A DNA stretch of 63,296 bases, filler included, from Reticulomyxa filosa (Eukaryota; Protista; Foraminifera), in the NCBI GenBank assembly GCA_000512085.1. It is 21 parts of 21 records of this genome, joined end to end, with 100 filler letters (N's around TTAATTAATTAA, not from the genome) between each part and the next. Parts side by side here need not be neighbours in the genome. Positions count along the whole stretch, not along the records: positions 21,692 to 25,048 come from ASPP01022523.1; positions 25,149 to 30,934 come from ASPP01020768.1; positions 31,035 to 32,467 come from ASPP01026790.1; positions 32,568 to 33,648 come from ASPP01014140.1; positions 33,749 to 35,770 come from ASPP01002260.1; positions 35,871 to 37,989 come from ASPP01004079.1; 15 more parts are not named here. One strand, 5' to 3'. The notes below the pieces were generated by a model. That model saw only the letters and a program-made list of their open reading frames with translations, did not search any database and was not told the DNA's origin. Both the position numbers and the translations under genes were made by a program. Shown here one piece after another: positions 24,634-37,425 of this stretch (position 1 is the first letter of the stretch; each line of letters begins with the position of its first letter).

Positions 24634-25148
24634 CTTATTTCAGTTGTAATTTTGAATTTATTTTTAAAAAAATTTAACAAGTGTATTAATAAAAAGAATC
24701 AGTTATCAGTTTTCAAGGTCAATCACAAAAAAAAAAAAAAAAATTTATAGTTTCTTTTAAATCTCTTTTGTTTAAAGATCATAAAATGGCGTGCGTGATC
24801 ATTCAAAAGTAGGTAATTTAAGTGGAAAGATACTTTTTTTGTTCTTGAGAGACAAACATTAAACTATTGTACGTGTTCAATTTAGTAATTGATTTAAATC
24901 TCTTTTTTTGTATGCAACTTTCTTTCCTGATATAGTTATAAAGATCATGTTATTGATTAATTAATAACATAATAATCTCATTATTTACATGTAAGACAAT
25001 AAAGTTCATTAAATTGATTAACAATCAGGCTCTTACTCCATTTTTGGANNNNNNNNNNNNNNNNNNNNNNNNNNNNNNNNNNNNNNNNNNNNTTAATTAA
25101 TTAANNNNNNNNNNNNNNNNNNNNNNNNNNNNNNNNNNNNNNNNNNNN

Positions 25149-28100
25149 AGAGAGAGAGAGAGAGAGGGAGGAAAGGAGAGAGACAACAATATTTAACTCG
25201 ATCGGGAATATAGCCATTTTCTCTTTGTTTTTGTTCTTCTTCAGGTGAAAAATCGGGACACAAAAAGATCCAAGTGGCCACACTCCAGAATCTAGCAAAG
25301 TCTTTTGGATTTTCGTGTTCTAAGATTCCATTTTTGGGTTCTGGGCCTTTCCACTCCTCGAGCAGGCCAGTTTCTTGTAGTAGTTTGTACAAGTAATCCA
25401 AAGCAGCACTGAGCAGCCACCCTCCGTTTTCCCGCAAATGAGCAGTGCGAAAGACGGAGTGGCGAACACAAGACTCCAAAAACTCGAATTCCGGAGTCGC
25501 GTCAGGTGTATTTTTCACGGCGTCTCTAGTTTGGCGAAGGACGTCAGTAAAAGGAGAAGTGTACTTAAGCATAAGAGCATCCGTCCATGTTAGCAAAGAG
25601 GGAGTTGTGTTGACGTCGATATTGTGTTTGCATTCGTCTATAGCTTCCAGAGCAGCTGTACTAGCAGTATTGGTAGTAATGGTATTAGATTGAAGACGAG
25701 AGGTATGTCCAGAAAAGAAAGATCGAGTTTGGAATTGAAAAAAAGATTGATGAGTAAGTACCTGATCCAGAAGTTGAAGCAGACACAAGGCATTGCCAGC
25801 TTCGCGAAGCAAAGTGAAGACTCCATTTTTCAAGGCAGGATATTCTCTGACGGCTTTCAAGCGCAAGTCGTAATAGCCATATACGCCGAGGACTCCATAA
25901 TGAGCAGATTGGAGTTTCATCGGATCCAAGGCCTTCAAAATCTCGGTGACGTAAGGACTGATTTCGCCGACGATGACGAGACCAATGAATTTGACGGTGT
26001 CATGCGCCAACATAGGCATGGACTCGTTACCAAGGAGCGAGGCGATGGCATGCAAATGTTCGATGCCAAAATAGCCACGAGTGCGTTTGTGCAAGTCGTG
26101 ATAAAGTTTGGTGAAGCGCGACCCCCAGAGGAAGGCGTTCTCCATACGTTTGAACGAAGGTTTGGGCGGATGCAAACAAATAAACTGTTGCAGGTACTGT
26201 TGGAACACAAAGTTTTTCAGTAACGTGCCAAACACTTGATTGAAGATGCGCAGAAACAGACGCCCTCGAAACGAGCCCAATGTGGTATCTTCGTTCACCT
26301 CGTTGACAATGTCTTCGAACACGTCGATGCCGGGCAGCTCCTCGCGCAGCAAGTCTACCGTCAGTCGCAGCACTTGGAACAGGTTGTCGATCTCGACCAC
26401 ATGCGTGATGTCGCTGTGCGTCGACTCCAGTCGCGATATCAGTGCGTCGACATTTTCGCGAATGTACTTGTTCAAATGCTCCGTCAGCAGCGAGGGGATG
26501 TCCACCGTTCGTCCGAGCACGTGCAAGCTGCGCTGTTGGAAGATTGGAGTGTATCGCGCGTAATTCGGCTTGAAGACGTAGCGACGAGAGGATGGAGCCA
26601 CTCCAGAAGAAGAGGAGTCGATAGAAGTGGAGGCAGTAGTATTCGAACTAGTTGCATGGATTGGAGTGGCGAAGGAAGGAGCAGTAGTATTGGTGGTGAT
26701 TGAAACAACAGGAGAAGATGGAGTGACATCAACAGCAGCAGTTGTTATTGTTGTTGTTGTTGTTGTTGTTGTTGGTTGTTGTTGCTGTATTAGAAATAGA
26801 TCTTCCAAATACATCCAACTTACATTGCTTTTGAAACTGCTTATCCAATAACATATTGGCGGCCTGGTTCTTATAGTAGTCAAAGATCTTATGATACAAG
26901 GTAAAGATAAGTTGGTCAAACACCAGATTAACTTCCGCCTCGATTTCATCGAATAGGTGCTGCTGTCGGAACACAGACAGTGCTGTCTCGGCGCTATCGT
27001 TATACACTGCCAGCGGGAAGAACACGTTCGGCGCTAGCGACTTGGTGTTCATCGCAAAGTCCACGAGCATCCATGGCAACGACATAGCGATTGGAAACTG
27101 GATGCAGTCTGTGATGTTCAGGTAAAATTCCCGGAACCAAAGTTCCGACAGATTGCTGGCCGCTTGCAACGTGCGCGCATAATCGCACAATGGCGACACA
27201 AACCACAGCATCGCAAACACATTGTCAAATGCCGTCTTTTCATTCCATTTCAAATCCTTCTTCGCGAACATGCCTCCGCTCATGCCTTTGCTGTCCTCGC
27301 TGCACACGTGGAACACTAGACGTCGCAGCAACAACACTTGCGTCCGTGTGGGGAACACACTCCGCGACGTCCATTTGTGCTGCTCCATCTGGCTCCAGAT
27401 TTTCTTCTTGCTCTTTGTCGTCTTCGAGTTCTTGTATGCGTTGATGCGCTTGTAATCCTGCTGCAACGTCTGCACGTCGTAGCAATCGGCCACCACTGCT
27501 CGCATTTTCAAAAATATGTCGGTGAGGCTGCTCTTATGCGGCCTTTTATGTGCTCGACACAATGGGAACAATATCGTATTATGTGCAAAGTACTGCAACT
27601 GCTGATGCACGTACGTTGCTAACATTGGACGAATCAATGACTCATTCTCCAACAGCAAGTTCGTTAATCCTTTTATCAATCCTATTATCTCCACCATCGC
27701 ATACTTCAACTCATTCTCATAATTGTAACGCGTTATCTGCTCATACACCTTTGCCGGATCGTTCTTATTCCCTGTCAATGTTACGTACTTTGAGTCCGAT
27801 ATCGGGTTGTTCGACTTGTATATCACTTGCTCTTGCACGCGGCTCGTCCATTCACCTATGTATTTCAATCCTTGCACTGCCAACTCAAACGCCTGCTGCA
27901 ACATTGGCATTGGAATTGGTTCTTCTGGCTCCACTTCTTTTCCCCCTTCTCCTTGCACCTTTGGTACTTCTTGCAATTCTTGTTCTTTTTGCACTTTTTG
28001 TTCTTTTTGCACTTCTTGCACTTCTTGCACTTTTTGTTCTTTTTGTGTTTCTTGCACTTCTTGTATTGCTTTTTCTTGTTCATTTTGCTTCTTCTTCTGC

Positions 28101-29191
28101 TGGTGCTGCTGCTTCTTCTTCTTCTCTTCCTCTTCCTCTTCCTTATCTTGTTCTTTTTTTTTCCTTCTTTTCTTCTTCAACGCTTTCCAACTTTGCAAGT
28201 CACGAAGCAAGGTCAAGAACTCGGCCGTGTATGTGGTGTAGTCCTCTTGGATGCGGACCCTCCAATTCACCAAGTTGGCATACAAGGCCACCTTCTTCGC
28301 GCTTATCCAATCGCTTTCCATGTGTCCGGCGTTGTAGTGTTCGCACAGCTGCAACAGCAACTCGATCCTTGTCGTGCAGTCCAAATAGATGGGTATGTAG
28401 GCGACAGTCCGCAAAATGTTGCGCACTTGCTTGATTGGTATGTGTTTGCCGCCTTTGAACACGTTGCAGTCCTTGTCGTCCGCTAAAAAGATACAAACGA
28501 CCAATGTGCGATACAAGCCGTGCTTTTCGGTCGGAGTGATGTATCGATGATGTGTCCAGTCGTTCACAGCGTGTTGCATCAACGCCCCTATCAGCTCCTC
28601 CTTGTGCGGCACCGATTGCATGCTCTCTTTTAAGTGGTGCAGCACAATGTGGTAAGGGTGCAACGGATCATTCAAAAATGAGTTCATTGTGGTTATATCC
28701 GATATTACGTCTTGTGCATTGGGATATAAATTTCGAGCAAACACAAACGATCTTTTTTTTTTTTTGTAAGGAGAAAACATATGTAATGCAATAATATGTT
28801 ATTTATTCATTACATATAAATAAATATATATATATATATATATATGCATATAATTTTTTTTTTTTTTTTTTTTTTTGAAAGACCTCTTATAAAAAGAAAA
28901 ATCATTCCGTATTTGCCCTTTGATGTCCTTCAACACGTCCATAATCAGTATCCTTTCCAATAATACGTTCAACATGGTCATCAGGTCTTGCCATAGCGGC
29001 TCTTTTTGCTCCAATGGATACAACAATAGACGCAGGTTTTTTATAAAACATTTTATCATGGAATTGTGAAAGTGCATCAATTCTTTCACCTTGTTCATCG
29101 GCACTGTAAATATATCAAATATCTCCTTGTGCAGCCTCCTTTTTTCCCCTTCTTCCGTATTGGCGGGAATCTAACATTTTTTTATATACAC

Positions 29192-29223
<32 letters not shown>

Positions 29224-29664
29224 GTATATGTGCAAACATATATTTGTATATTGTGCCAACAATACCATTGGCAAAGGCTTTGAATAGCTTCGATATGTAT
29301 ACCTATCAATTTAAAAAAAAAAAAAAAACTGTAATTTTTTTTTTAATGATGACCTGCAAGAGAAGAGAAAGAGAACAGAAGGAATTCATATATTTCTATA
29401 TATTCAATGGGAACAGTTCACATAAAATCCACAAAACAGCATGCGAATGTGAGCATCCGCTTGTGAAATACATTCCTCCAATTCTGCTATACTCGCCAGT
29501 TCTTCCGCAAATTTGTGATAATGAGCGGTTCTGTCCTTTAACCCACTTGTTGTATCACTTGTTTGCTCATAGCTTATTGCCCTGCTAGAGTCACACAATA
29601 CTATTGAGCTTTCGTGCAATGCAATATCCTCAAATTGATCAATTGCTTCAAATCGAACTGCCAT
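25149..29664 (-). CDS. CYFIP: CYFIP/Sra1/PIR121 subunit of the WAVE/SCAR regulatory complex; multi-exon, 3' partial
   Basis: LSELWFREFYL, IQFPIAMSLPWML, YNDSAETAL..LFDEIEAEVNLVFDQ, QRSLHVLGRTVDI, ENPKDFARFWS. One +1 slip in an AAC microsatellite at ~26774. Confidence 0.95.
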
Positions 29665-30067
29665 CTTTATTATATATTTTATTTATCCCCTCCCCCCTCG
29701 TCTACGTTCAGTAATTTCAGAGTTTTTCTTTCGTTTCCCTTTGTGCAGATTAAGCAAGACAGAGGCACTAGAATGATTGAATGAACACCATTTTAGTAAT
29801 TTCAAAACATTTCTTCTGTTTTAAACCTGTGCTTTTTTTTAACAACAAAAGTTCATAAAAATGCCGTCGCTTGGGTCAAAATTCAGTATTCTGCTTTGAT
29901 TAGTTTGTAAGTTACTGACTTAATTTATTGAACTTTTCACTTGCAATATCAAGCACGTTCAGGAGTGCTGTGGACAGAAAAGGCAGAAACGTGAACGTTT
30001 TTGAGAATTGCGGGGGGTCCCTAGTTAAGAGGAGGCATCGAAATAGTCCCATCTAATCATATAAAAA

Positions 30068-30870
30068 ATGCCTCATCAAAGATCGTATCTTCTAGAAGAG
30101 AATCGAGAGCGTCTCTTATCAAATACTGTTTCAAAAAAATCACTTTCAAAGTCTTCAAAACGTGTTTTTTCTTGGCGAGCAGTACTTTTAATAATGTCAC
30201 TAGTGATCAACATTATTCTAATATATTCCACGTATTTTTTCGCCTTTTCAAAACTCCCATGTTTAGTAGTTGTGTGCATATTTGTATATCTTGTGTGTAA
30301 AAAGCAAAAAAAAAAAAAAAAAAAGAAAAGATCCGAAACATTTCTTTTGGTCCTTTTTTTTTTTAAAAAAAAAAAAAAAAAATGAATGGAATTACATTAT
30401 GAAAGTGAAGACTTACGTGTCTGAAGACACGCCAACAGAAATGAAGCCAATACGACTAGTACTCCCTCATCACCGCAGACAACATAGCGAAGAGAGCAAA
30501 AGCAAATGCAGGACATGTCTGGCCCAAGGGGAACAAACAGCAACAGGGAATGCACTGACGAATATGTTAATAGTGCGTGGGAATGAAAGCCAAAGTAATA
30601 TGGAAGCAGATGCAAAATCGGGGAGCGTGGCAAAAAAAAGATACTCAATAAGTTGGCTAGATAACTTTTCTTATACAATCACAAAACATGAGGTGAATCA
30701 TTGGTGGAATAATCACTTGTTTGTGTTCAAAAACTATAAGTCCGCATTTTGCGTCATTGAAAAAAAACAGTTGCACCATGTTCAAACAAATTTTCAAACG
30801 AATTCAAAACCAAGGAAATTATTTGGACAAAGAATATACCAAAATTCATTGGCTGCCTTATCGAGGTTTA
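30068..30870 (+). CDS. Type II membrane protein, unknown function; 3' partial
   Basis: ATG 30068, TM AVLLIMSLVINIILIYSTYFFAF, and a downstream exon ~30405-30865. Confidence 0.5.
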
Positions 30871-30889
30871 TTTATTTATGTATTTGTTG

Positions 30890-30920
<31 letters not shown>

Positions 30921-31679
30921 TTTTTTTTTTTTTTNNNNNNNNNNNNNNNNNNNNNNNNNNNNNNNNNNNNNNNNNNNNTTAATTAATTAANNNNNNNNNN
31001 NNNNNNNNNNNNNNNNNNNNNNNNNNNNNNNNNNTGTTGAAAATCGTTGTTAATATCGAAGATTAACTTCGAACTTCTTTCTCTGTGCTATCTTCCTTCA
31101 AAATAACAAACTTTTTTTCAAAAGTTTATCTCGATGACGAAAGATGTTTAAATTATTTTTTTTTTTTAATCTTTCAAGATTTGAAGTTTATTTTGAAATA
31201 TTAGTATTTGAAATTTTGGAAAAAATTTACTTTTGGGAATTTCCTTAGAAAATTTGTTGTTATTGAAAGATTATTCGAACTGATTAATTGGAAGATTTAT
31301 TTGGAACCCTTGAAGAGTGTCTTCGGAATATTACAAAGTATTTTTTAATTTTTTTTTTTTAGCTGAGATAGTTGTAATATTGAAATTCCAAAAAAAGAAA
31401 AAGGAAAGGGAAAAAACATCGCAACCAAGCACCTCACTAGTGATATAAAGATTTTTTATAGTTGTTGGATTTTGTGAGATTGTGGCTGGAGTGTGACTAT
31501 AAACCATTTTGTTACTTTTGGCAGCGTTTTTTGTTGCAGTTCATTTTTTGGAGGGTTTCGTCGCCGGTTCAGCCTCTAGTGTGTCGAGGCAAATACCCGC
31601 CTTTTGTGTTTGGAAGGTCGGAACCTCAGGCAAAACCGAAACCCACTCGCTGATAACAATGCTTGTGAAGGCGATCCGG

Positions 31680-32280
31680 ACGGTCGAGGCAGGACGAATA
31701 ATAGTCTTGTATAATAGACTATACGTAGATAGACTTGGTCTGACACCTCTTGTTTTGATGTCTGAATGTGATGCACTGCGTCTTATCAGCTTCAAGTAAT
31801 ATCTTCCAAATGGATACTTCAGACTTTGCTGCAATGATTGCAATTGATCATCAATTTTATTGACATTACTTGTGAATATCGATATCCAAAGTGCCACGTC
31901 ATCAGCAAACATTCTACATTGAATAGGTTGATGAATAACTGTTGGTAAATCATTGATATACAGGAAATAATATTGAGGATAAAGCAGATCCTTGGGGAAC
32001 TCCAGTATTGAATTCCATCCAATCTGAATTTGTTCCATTCAATACAACTATCCCAAGTCGATTTGATAAGAAGCTGTCAATCCACCAATATAATCTTTAA
32101 ATTCATTTCTCATTTTATATCTCAATCCATTTCTCCAAACTCTACCATACGCTGTAGATATATTTAATAACACTGCATAAATCACTGAATTGCAATCGAA
32201 TGGCTTGTGGATTGTCTCGGTCAATCTCAATAACAACTCATCTGTGTTATGCCACGATTGGAATCCTGTTTGATGCAATA
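31680..32280 (-). mobile_element. Decayed non-LTR (LINE) retrotransposon reverse transcriptase
   Basis: QTGFQSWHNT..LLRLTE, AVLLNISTAYGRVW, GVPQGSALS, FLYINDLP, MFADDVALW, LLYKTIIRP. Multiple frameshifts. Confidence 0.92.
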
Positions 32281-32573
32281 ATTTTTTGTCATAGAGTTAA
32301 AATGAGCACCTCGTCCCAAAAGGAACACAGTACTCTAATAAAAACAAAAAAAAGGAAAAGATCAACAAAACATATCAAAAATTCGCACACAATCAAAAAA
32401 AAATTTTAAGTTTTAATCTTTAAAATATCAAAAAAACCAAATAAATCTCAAAGGTTGTACGGTGAGANNNNNNNNNNNNNNNNNNNNNNNNNNNNNNNNN
32501 NNNNNNNNNNNTTAATTAATTAANNNNNNNNNNNNNNNNNNNNNNNNNNNNNNNNNNNNNNNNNNNNTTTTTT

Positions 32574-33600
32574 TTAAATAAAATAAATAAATACATAAAA
32601 AACAACTTGTTGTGAAATGGAGGAATGTTGAGAGGGAGTAGTATATGGAGAGGGGGAGTGATGCAAGGAGGTATGTTGAGTGGTAGGTGGATGCGAGACA
32701 GGACCGCGATGAATGGACAACTCAAAGTCGGAAGCCATTGATGAACGACTCCCCTCCTCCTCGTGCAACGTCATTTCGTATTCGGACGACTCATTGAAAT
32801 GCGACTCGACCGATTGCGCAGTCATCGAAGGGGTCATTGCTGTCGCTGTTGACGTCGTTGTCGATGCCATCTTCACGTCGCTGTTCATCGCAGGAGGCAA
32901 AAACAGTCGTCCCGAATGCAACTGATTCAGCAGCGCCGTGTTTTCCGTCCGCAGTTTTTGAGCATGTTCGATATTGCCACCCGAGGGCGTTATTACACCC
33001 CATCCTTAGTTTTTTTTTTTTTTTTGTATGCAGTTATGTTGGTATTTTGGGGTCGTCATACTAACATTTATATACAATATATATAAATGTTAGTATGACA
33101 CCCCAAAACACTAAATACAATCTAAATTAACCTTCTGCCCAAAGCCATTCTCCTTTTTCGGTTGGGCTTGGCAATTCCATTTCGAGTGGTGAGTTTATAT
33201 TCCTTTATGATTGTTTTTTGGTTGGTTGATTGGTTGTACATAAGAATTGCAGACCCATTACAACACTTATATCATATACATATATACATATATACATATG
33301 TATATATGTATATAGACCATACACAAATTACAATCATTTTTAAAAAAAAAAAAAAAATGATTACAATAATGGCTTCATCTCTTGAGAGTACCACAGGGAT
33401 TGATACGGCTTCCACGCTTTGGAAGAGGAGTCCTTCATTTCGACCTCAAAGAATATGTGCTCTGTCATAATCGGCTCTGTTTCGCCATTGGAAGAGTTGG
33501 TAACTGAAATGGATGTCATGTTTATGCCTGATGTTTGTGTTGCATTCTTGCTGTACCGTCGTATATGTTTCCGTTTCCTGTTGTATACGTTTTTCATCAC
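32574..33600 (-). CDS. Internal exons of an unknown multi-exon gene
   Basis: GC-richer open segments separated by AT/homopolymer introns. Weak WWE-like WKPYQSLWYSQEM. Confidence 0.45.
33045..33108. repeat. Near-perfect intronic inverted repeat (hairpin)
   Basis: TTTTGGGGT(C)GTCATACTAACATTTATATA-caata-TATATAAATGTTAGTATGACACCCCAAAA: 29-bp stem with one bulge and a 5-nt loop. Confidence 0.9.
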
Positions 33601-34256
33601 AAAAGTTTTTTTAAGTTGGAAAAAAAAAAAAAAAAAAAAAAAACAAAANNNNNNNNNNNNNNNNNNNNNNNNNNNNNNNNNNNNNNNNNNNNTTAATTAA
33701 TTAANNNNNNNNNNNNNNNNNNNNNNNNNNNNNNNNNNNNNNNNNNNNAATATCTACAAGTCTTGTAGTTTTTAAATATGATATTGATTTTTCTTTAATT
33801 TAGTATTTCTTATTTCTGCAAAAAGACTTGATAAGATAATAATACTTTTTCGTATTACAATTAGCGCAATCTTTTCATATCTCATATTATAAATGGATAA
33901 ATTTTAAGTTATTTGATAAGTTTTTAAATGCAGTATATTTAAAAAAAAAGAAAAAAATTTGTTTTTCATGCATTTTGGTATATCAGTTTTTTTTTGAAAA
34001 TGGTTTCACTACTAATAAATGATTTATTTTTGATTTATATATTTCAATAAGCTCTTTTTTAAGAAAAAACCTTCTTAATATAAGTATGCTTTCTTTTTGC
34101 AATGCATACATAAATTAATCTCATTACATAAACAAATCTAATATTTATTATTTCACACTCAAAACATGTTCATTGAATAAGGTCTCCTTTTTTTTGTACA
34201 ACAAATTTCAAACTTGTTTCGCAATATTAACGTCGTAATTTCTAAAGAAGATCGCA

Positions 34257-35346
34257 ATGGCACAAGCACCAGCAACTATGAGTTATGTACTAACTTTCAA
34301 TTTATCTTTTTACTGAAATATAAAACAATAACAAAAACATATAGCATTGGCAGAACTACTAAAAAAAGTAGTAGGAAGCAATAGTGATCTATTTAATAAA
34401 GAAATTGACAACGATGCATATAATAAGAACCCGGTTGCCACAGTAAACAAAAAACTAAAGAGCAGAATATCGAGGGAATCTGTAAATATAATATTTACAG
34501 ATGAAAAAAAATGGGAACAGTCCGATGACTGTGGTAACGATGAAATTATGGGATGCTATTTGGACAGTTTACCTATTATATTGTGCTATCTTTGGAAAAA
34601 AGTATTAAATAATAATGAAAAAGAGCAAAAAAATGCTCACATTTTTGGAGCCGCAAATTCTATTTTGGACGCGATATTGCGTCGTGATACGTATTTGTCA
34701 ACTAGTTGCACAATATCTAATGTGAAGCCAATAAGCAATAAAATTAATTATTCTACTGCATTTCCTGACGTAATTTTGTCATTAACTAAGGAAACTTGTC
34801 GTAAAGAAGAACCAATTAATCCTTTTATTGTTGTTGATTTTAAAGTACCATGTAAATTGTCAATTTTTGACCATTCAAATGAAAATCTTTATAAAATATG
34901 GAAAAGCAGGGGCAGATGTATTGTCATAGAGCAACGTTAATAAATATTTTTTTTGCTGCAATATTTTTTTTTGCACAATGTACTTTTTTTTAAATACGAA
35001 AATAAAAGAAGATCATATTCGGGTTAATAAATTTAAGTTGGTGGATCCAGTCCTTCAAATTGCTGGTTACATGGTGTGGAGCGGATCGAGAATTGGAATG
35101 TTGCTGGCATATCCACTTGCCGTATGGTTTGAAATAGATGAAATTACTGGAAATGAAGATGTTTTTAACATAAGGGTGTACCCTTTGTTAAAAATTGATT
35201 CGTTCGAATGTGGAATGCTCGAGATTGTTCGAATACTCAAGTATGCCAGCAAACTTGCGCCAAATAAAAAGATGTTGAGAAAAAACATAGATGAAGTCAA
35301 AGGTGAAGGCGAAGTCGGAGAGGAAGAAAAAAAGAAGATAAAGTAG
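34257..35346 (+). CDS. PD-(D/E)xK restriction-endonuclease-fold protein, Crinkler/CR-REase-like (3 exons)
   Basis: FPDVIL...FIVVDFKVP, followed by VLQIAGYMVWSGSRIGMLLAYPLAVWF. Confidence 0.7.
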
Positions 35347-35539
35347 AAAAAAAAAATAAAATAAACAAAAAAGAACTCTTTCACAATTTCGAGCAGATGG
35401 AATTAATAAAACAGAAAAGAAACAAGAAAAAAAAACAATAAGAGGAGAAGAAAATAAATTTTTTGGTGTAATTTGCAATTGATTTATTAAAAATAAAAGT
35501 TTTTCATGCTTTTATCGATAAAAGAATATGTTAAGACAA

Positions 35540-35770
35540 TCATGTGGGAAATCCTTGCTCTCTTGTCCAACTTGACATAATTGTTGCAACTGGTATTCCT
35601 TTTTGCTTTCCTAAATAATCCCATAAATCTGGAGTAGTTGCATTTGAATATCTAAAATTATTTAAATATTTGATTAAACCTTGACGGAATACTTCTTCTC
35701 CTAAATATCCTTGTAGCATTCGAATGATTGATGCACCTTTGCAATAAGATATTGCATCAAATACTTCCTC
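35540..35770 (-). pseudogene. M1 (puromycin-sensitive-type) aminopeptidase fragment ending prematurely
   Basis: EEVFDAISYCKGASIIRMLQGYLGEEVFRQGLIKYL..YSNATTPDLWDYL..IMSSWTREQGFPT*. Not in the ORF track. Confidence 0.88.
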
Positions 35771-36073
35771 NNNNNNNNNNNNNNNNNNNNNNNNNNNNNN
35801 NNNNNNNNNNNNNNTTAATTAATTAANNNNNNNNNNNNNNNNNNNNNNNNNNNNNNNNNNNNNNNNNNNNATTTATTATTTTTTTTTTTTGTAATGCTTT
35901 ATAAGTCTTGTAACCAATTTTTTTTTCGAAACGGGGACCACTTTTTTTTGCTTGTAAAGCACATTTAAAGTGTTGTTATTGAAAACATTGAGACACAATT
36001 TTTGCAAAAGGGGACGGGTTTTTTTGAAGTTGGCTTTAATAAAAAATATGTGCGCGCTCTCAATATAAAAAAG

Positions 36074-36420
36074 GTACTCCAAATGAAAGTATATGGCCTG
36101 GTGTGAGCAAATTGCGTGATTTCAAACCGAATTTTCCAAATTGGAAGGCACAGTCTTGGACCGATGTGTTTCGGGGATCCAATTTGGACAGTGGCGGTAT
36201 CAATTTGATTGAAAGAATGCTAATGTATTCACCCAACAAACGCATTACTGCAAAAGAAGCATTATTGCATCCTTGGTTTGATGATATCCGAGAGAGCATG
36301 TTGCGAAAGTTGGAAAAAAGCAAAAGTATGCGTGTTAATGATAATAAAGAAAATGACACAGTGATGAGCAATTCGAACAAAAAAAGAGAATCTCATCACT
36401 CTCCGATGCAAATCAAATAA
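36074..36420 (+). CDS. Cyclin-dependent kinase (CDK1/2-like), last exon
   Basis: GTPNESIWPGVSKLRDFKPNFPNW..LIERMLMYSPNKRITAKEALLHPWF. Confidence 0.9.
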
Positions 36421-37236
36421 TAATTTTTTGCTTTTGTTCCTCCCTTTCAAAAAGAAAAAACAAAATCTTCAAGAAATTGTCTTAGTTGGGTTTGAAAATA
36501 AAAAGAATTGTTTGTTGAAAGAAATGGGGTATGGCCGTTGAGTGAATGCTAGTTTTTTTTTATTTATTTATTTAATTTACTCTGTGTTCGAGCGTAAAAA
36601 GCACATTAACGTATCAAGTTTAAAATTAACTTTTTTAAAACCATAACAATTTTTTTAAAAATGAAAAAGTTGAACAAATTAGAAATCAAGTAGTTACACT
36701 TGGTTAAACAATAAATAATTTGATTTGAGCTCCTAAAAATTATTTCTATTTTTAAGATTTTGGGAAATTGTTAAGAGCTATTTTTTAAATATTTTAATAA
36801 ATTAATAATTTATCAGGACAATTAGATTCAAAGTTCTAGGAGCACTAGAACCGTACTTGTGCTATAAAAACATCCAAGTAAAAAAAAAAGTCATTTTCAA
36901 ATGTGTCATATTCTTTTTTAGTCAACCGTCATTTTTGTATAACTGGACGAAATTAAGTTTAAAAAACAAAATTTGGAATATATTGTTGATGATTTGGCAA
37001 TGAACATTTAGTGCGTTTTTGGATTAACGTTATCGAGCACTAACGTTTCTGATGTTATTGGATTTCATTTTTTGATGCGTGTTGCAGTTTGCAAAAAAAT
37101 GGCAAACATTGTGCCACTTCATGAAGGTAAAAAAATAATCTTAATTTTTAAAAATACTATTTTGTTATTTATTTATTTTTAAATTTGTTTTTAGTGTGTA
37201 AAATTTTTTAAACATAGTGAAAAAATTGAACTAAAC

Positions 37237-37425
37237 TACAGTAGAATGTAACGGAAAGTTGACACATAAAACAGCACACTATATAGATGATTGATTTTCT
37301 TCATAAAAAAACAACATACAGATATAATTTTTTAAAAATATCTACGAACAGTATAGTTTTTAAATATCATTTTGAATTTAGTCTTTTATTAAATATTTCA
37401 ATTATTAATTTTTTTAAAAATTTTC
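37237..37425 (+). mobile_element. Dispersed repeat starting TA|CAGTA (Tc1/mariner-like MITE end)
   Basis: Aligns with 42722-42901 and 33749-33790 (AAAGTTGACAC..ATGATTG..AAAAAACAACAT..AATATCTAC..TAGTTTTT..AATAT). Confidence 0.55.

Noticed and set aside
27550-28486. Long plus-strand ORFs antisense to CYFIP, and similar antisense ORFs over the RNF213-like, PT-repeat and low-complexity genes
   Set aside because: They are shadows of codon bias and simple repeats with no independent motifs.
2481-30033. Recurring GGGGGTCCC motif (2481, ~24580, 30021)
   Set aside because: Short, G-run dominated, and in inconsistent contexts.
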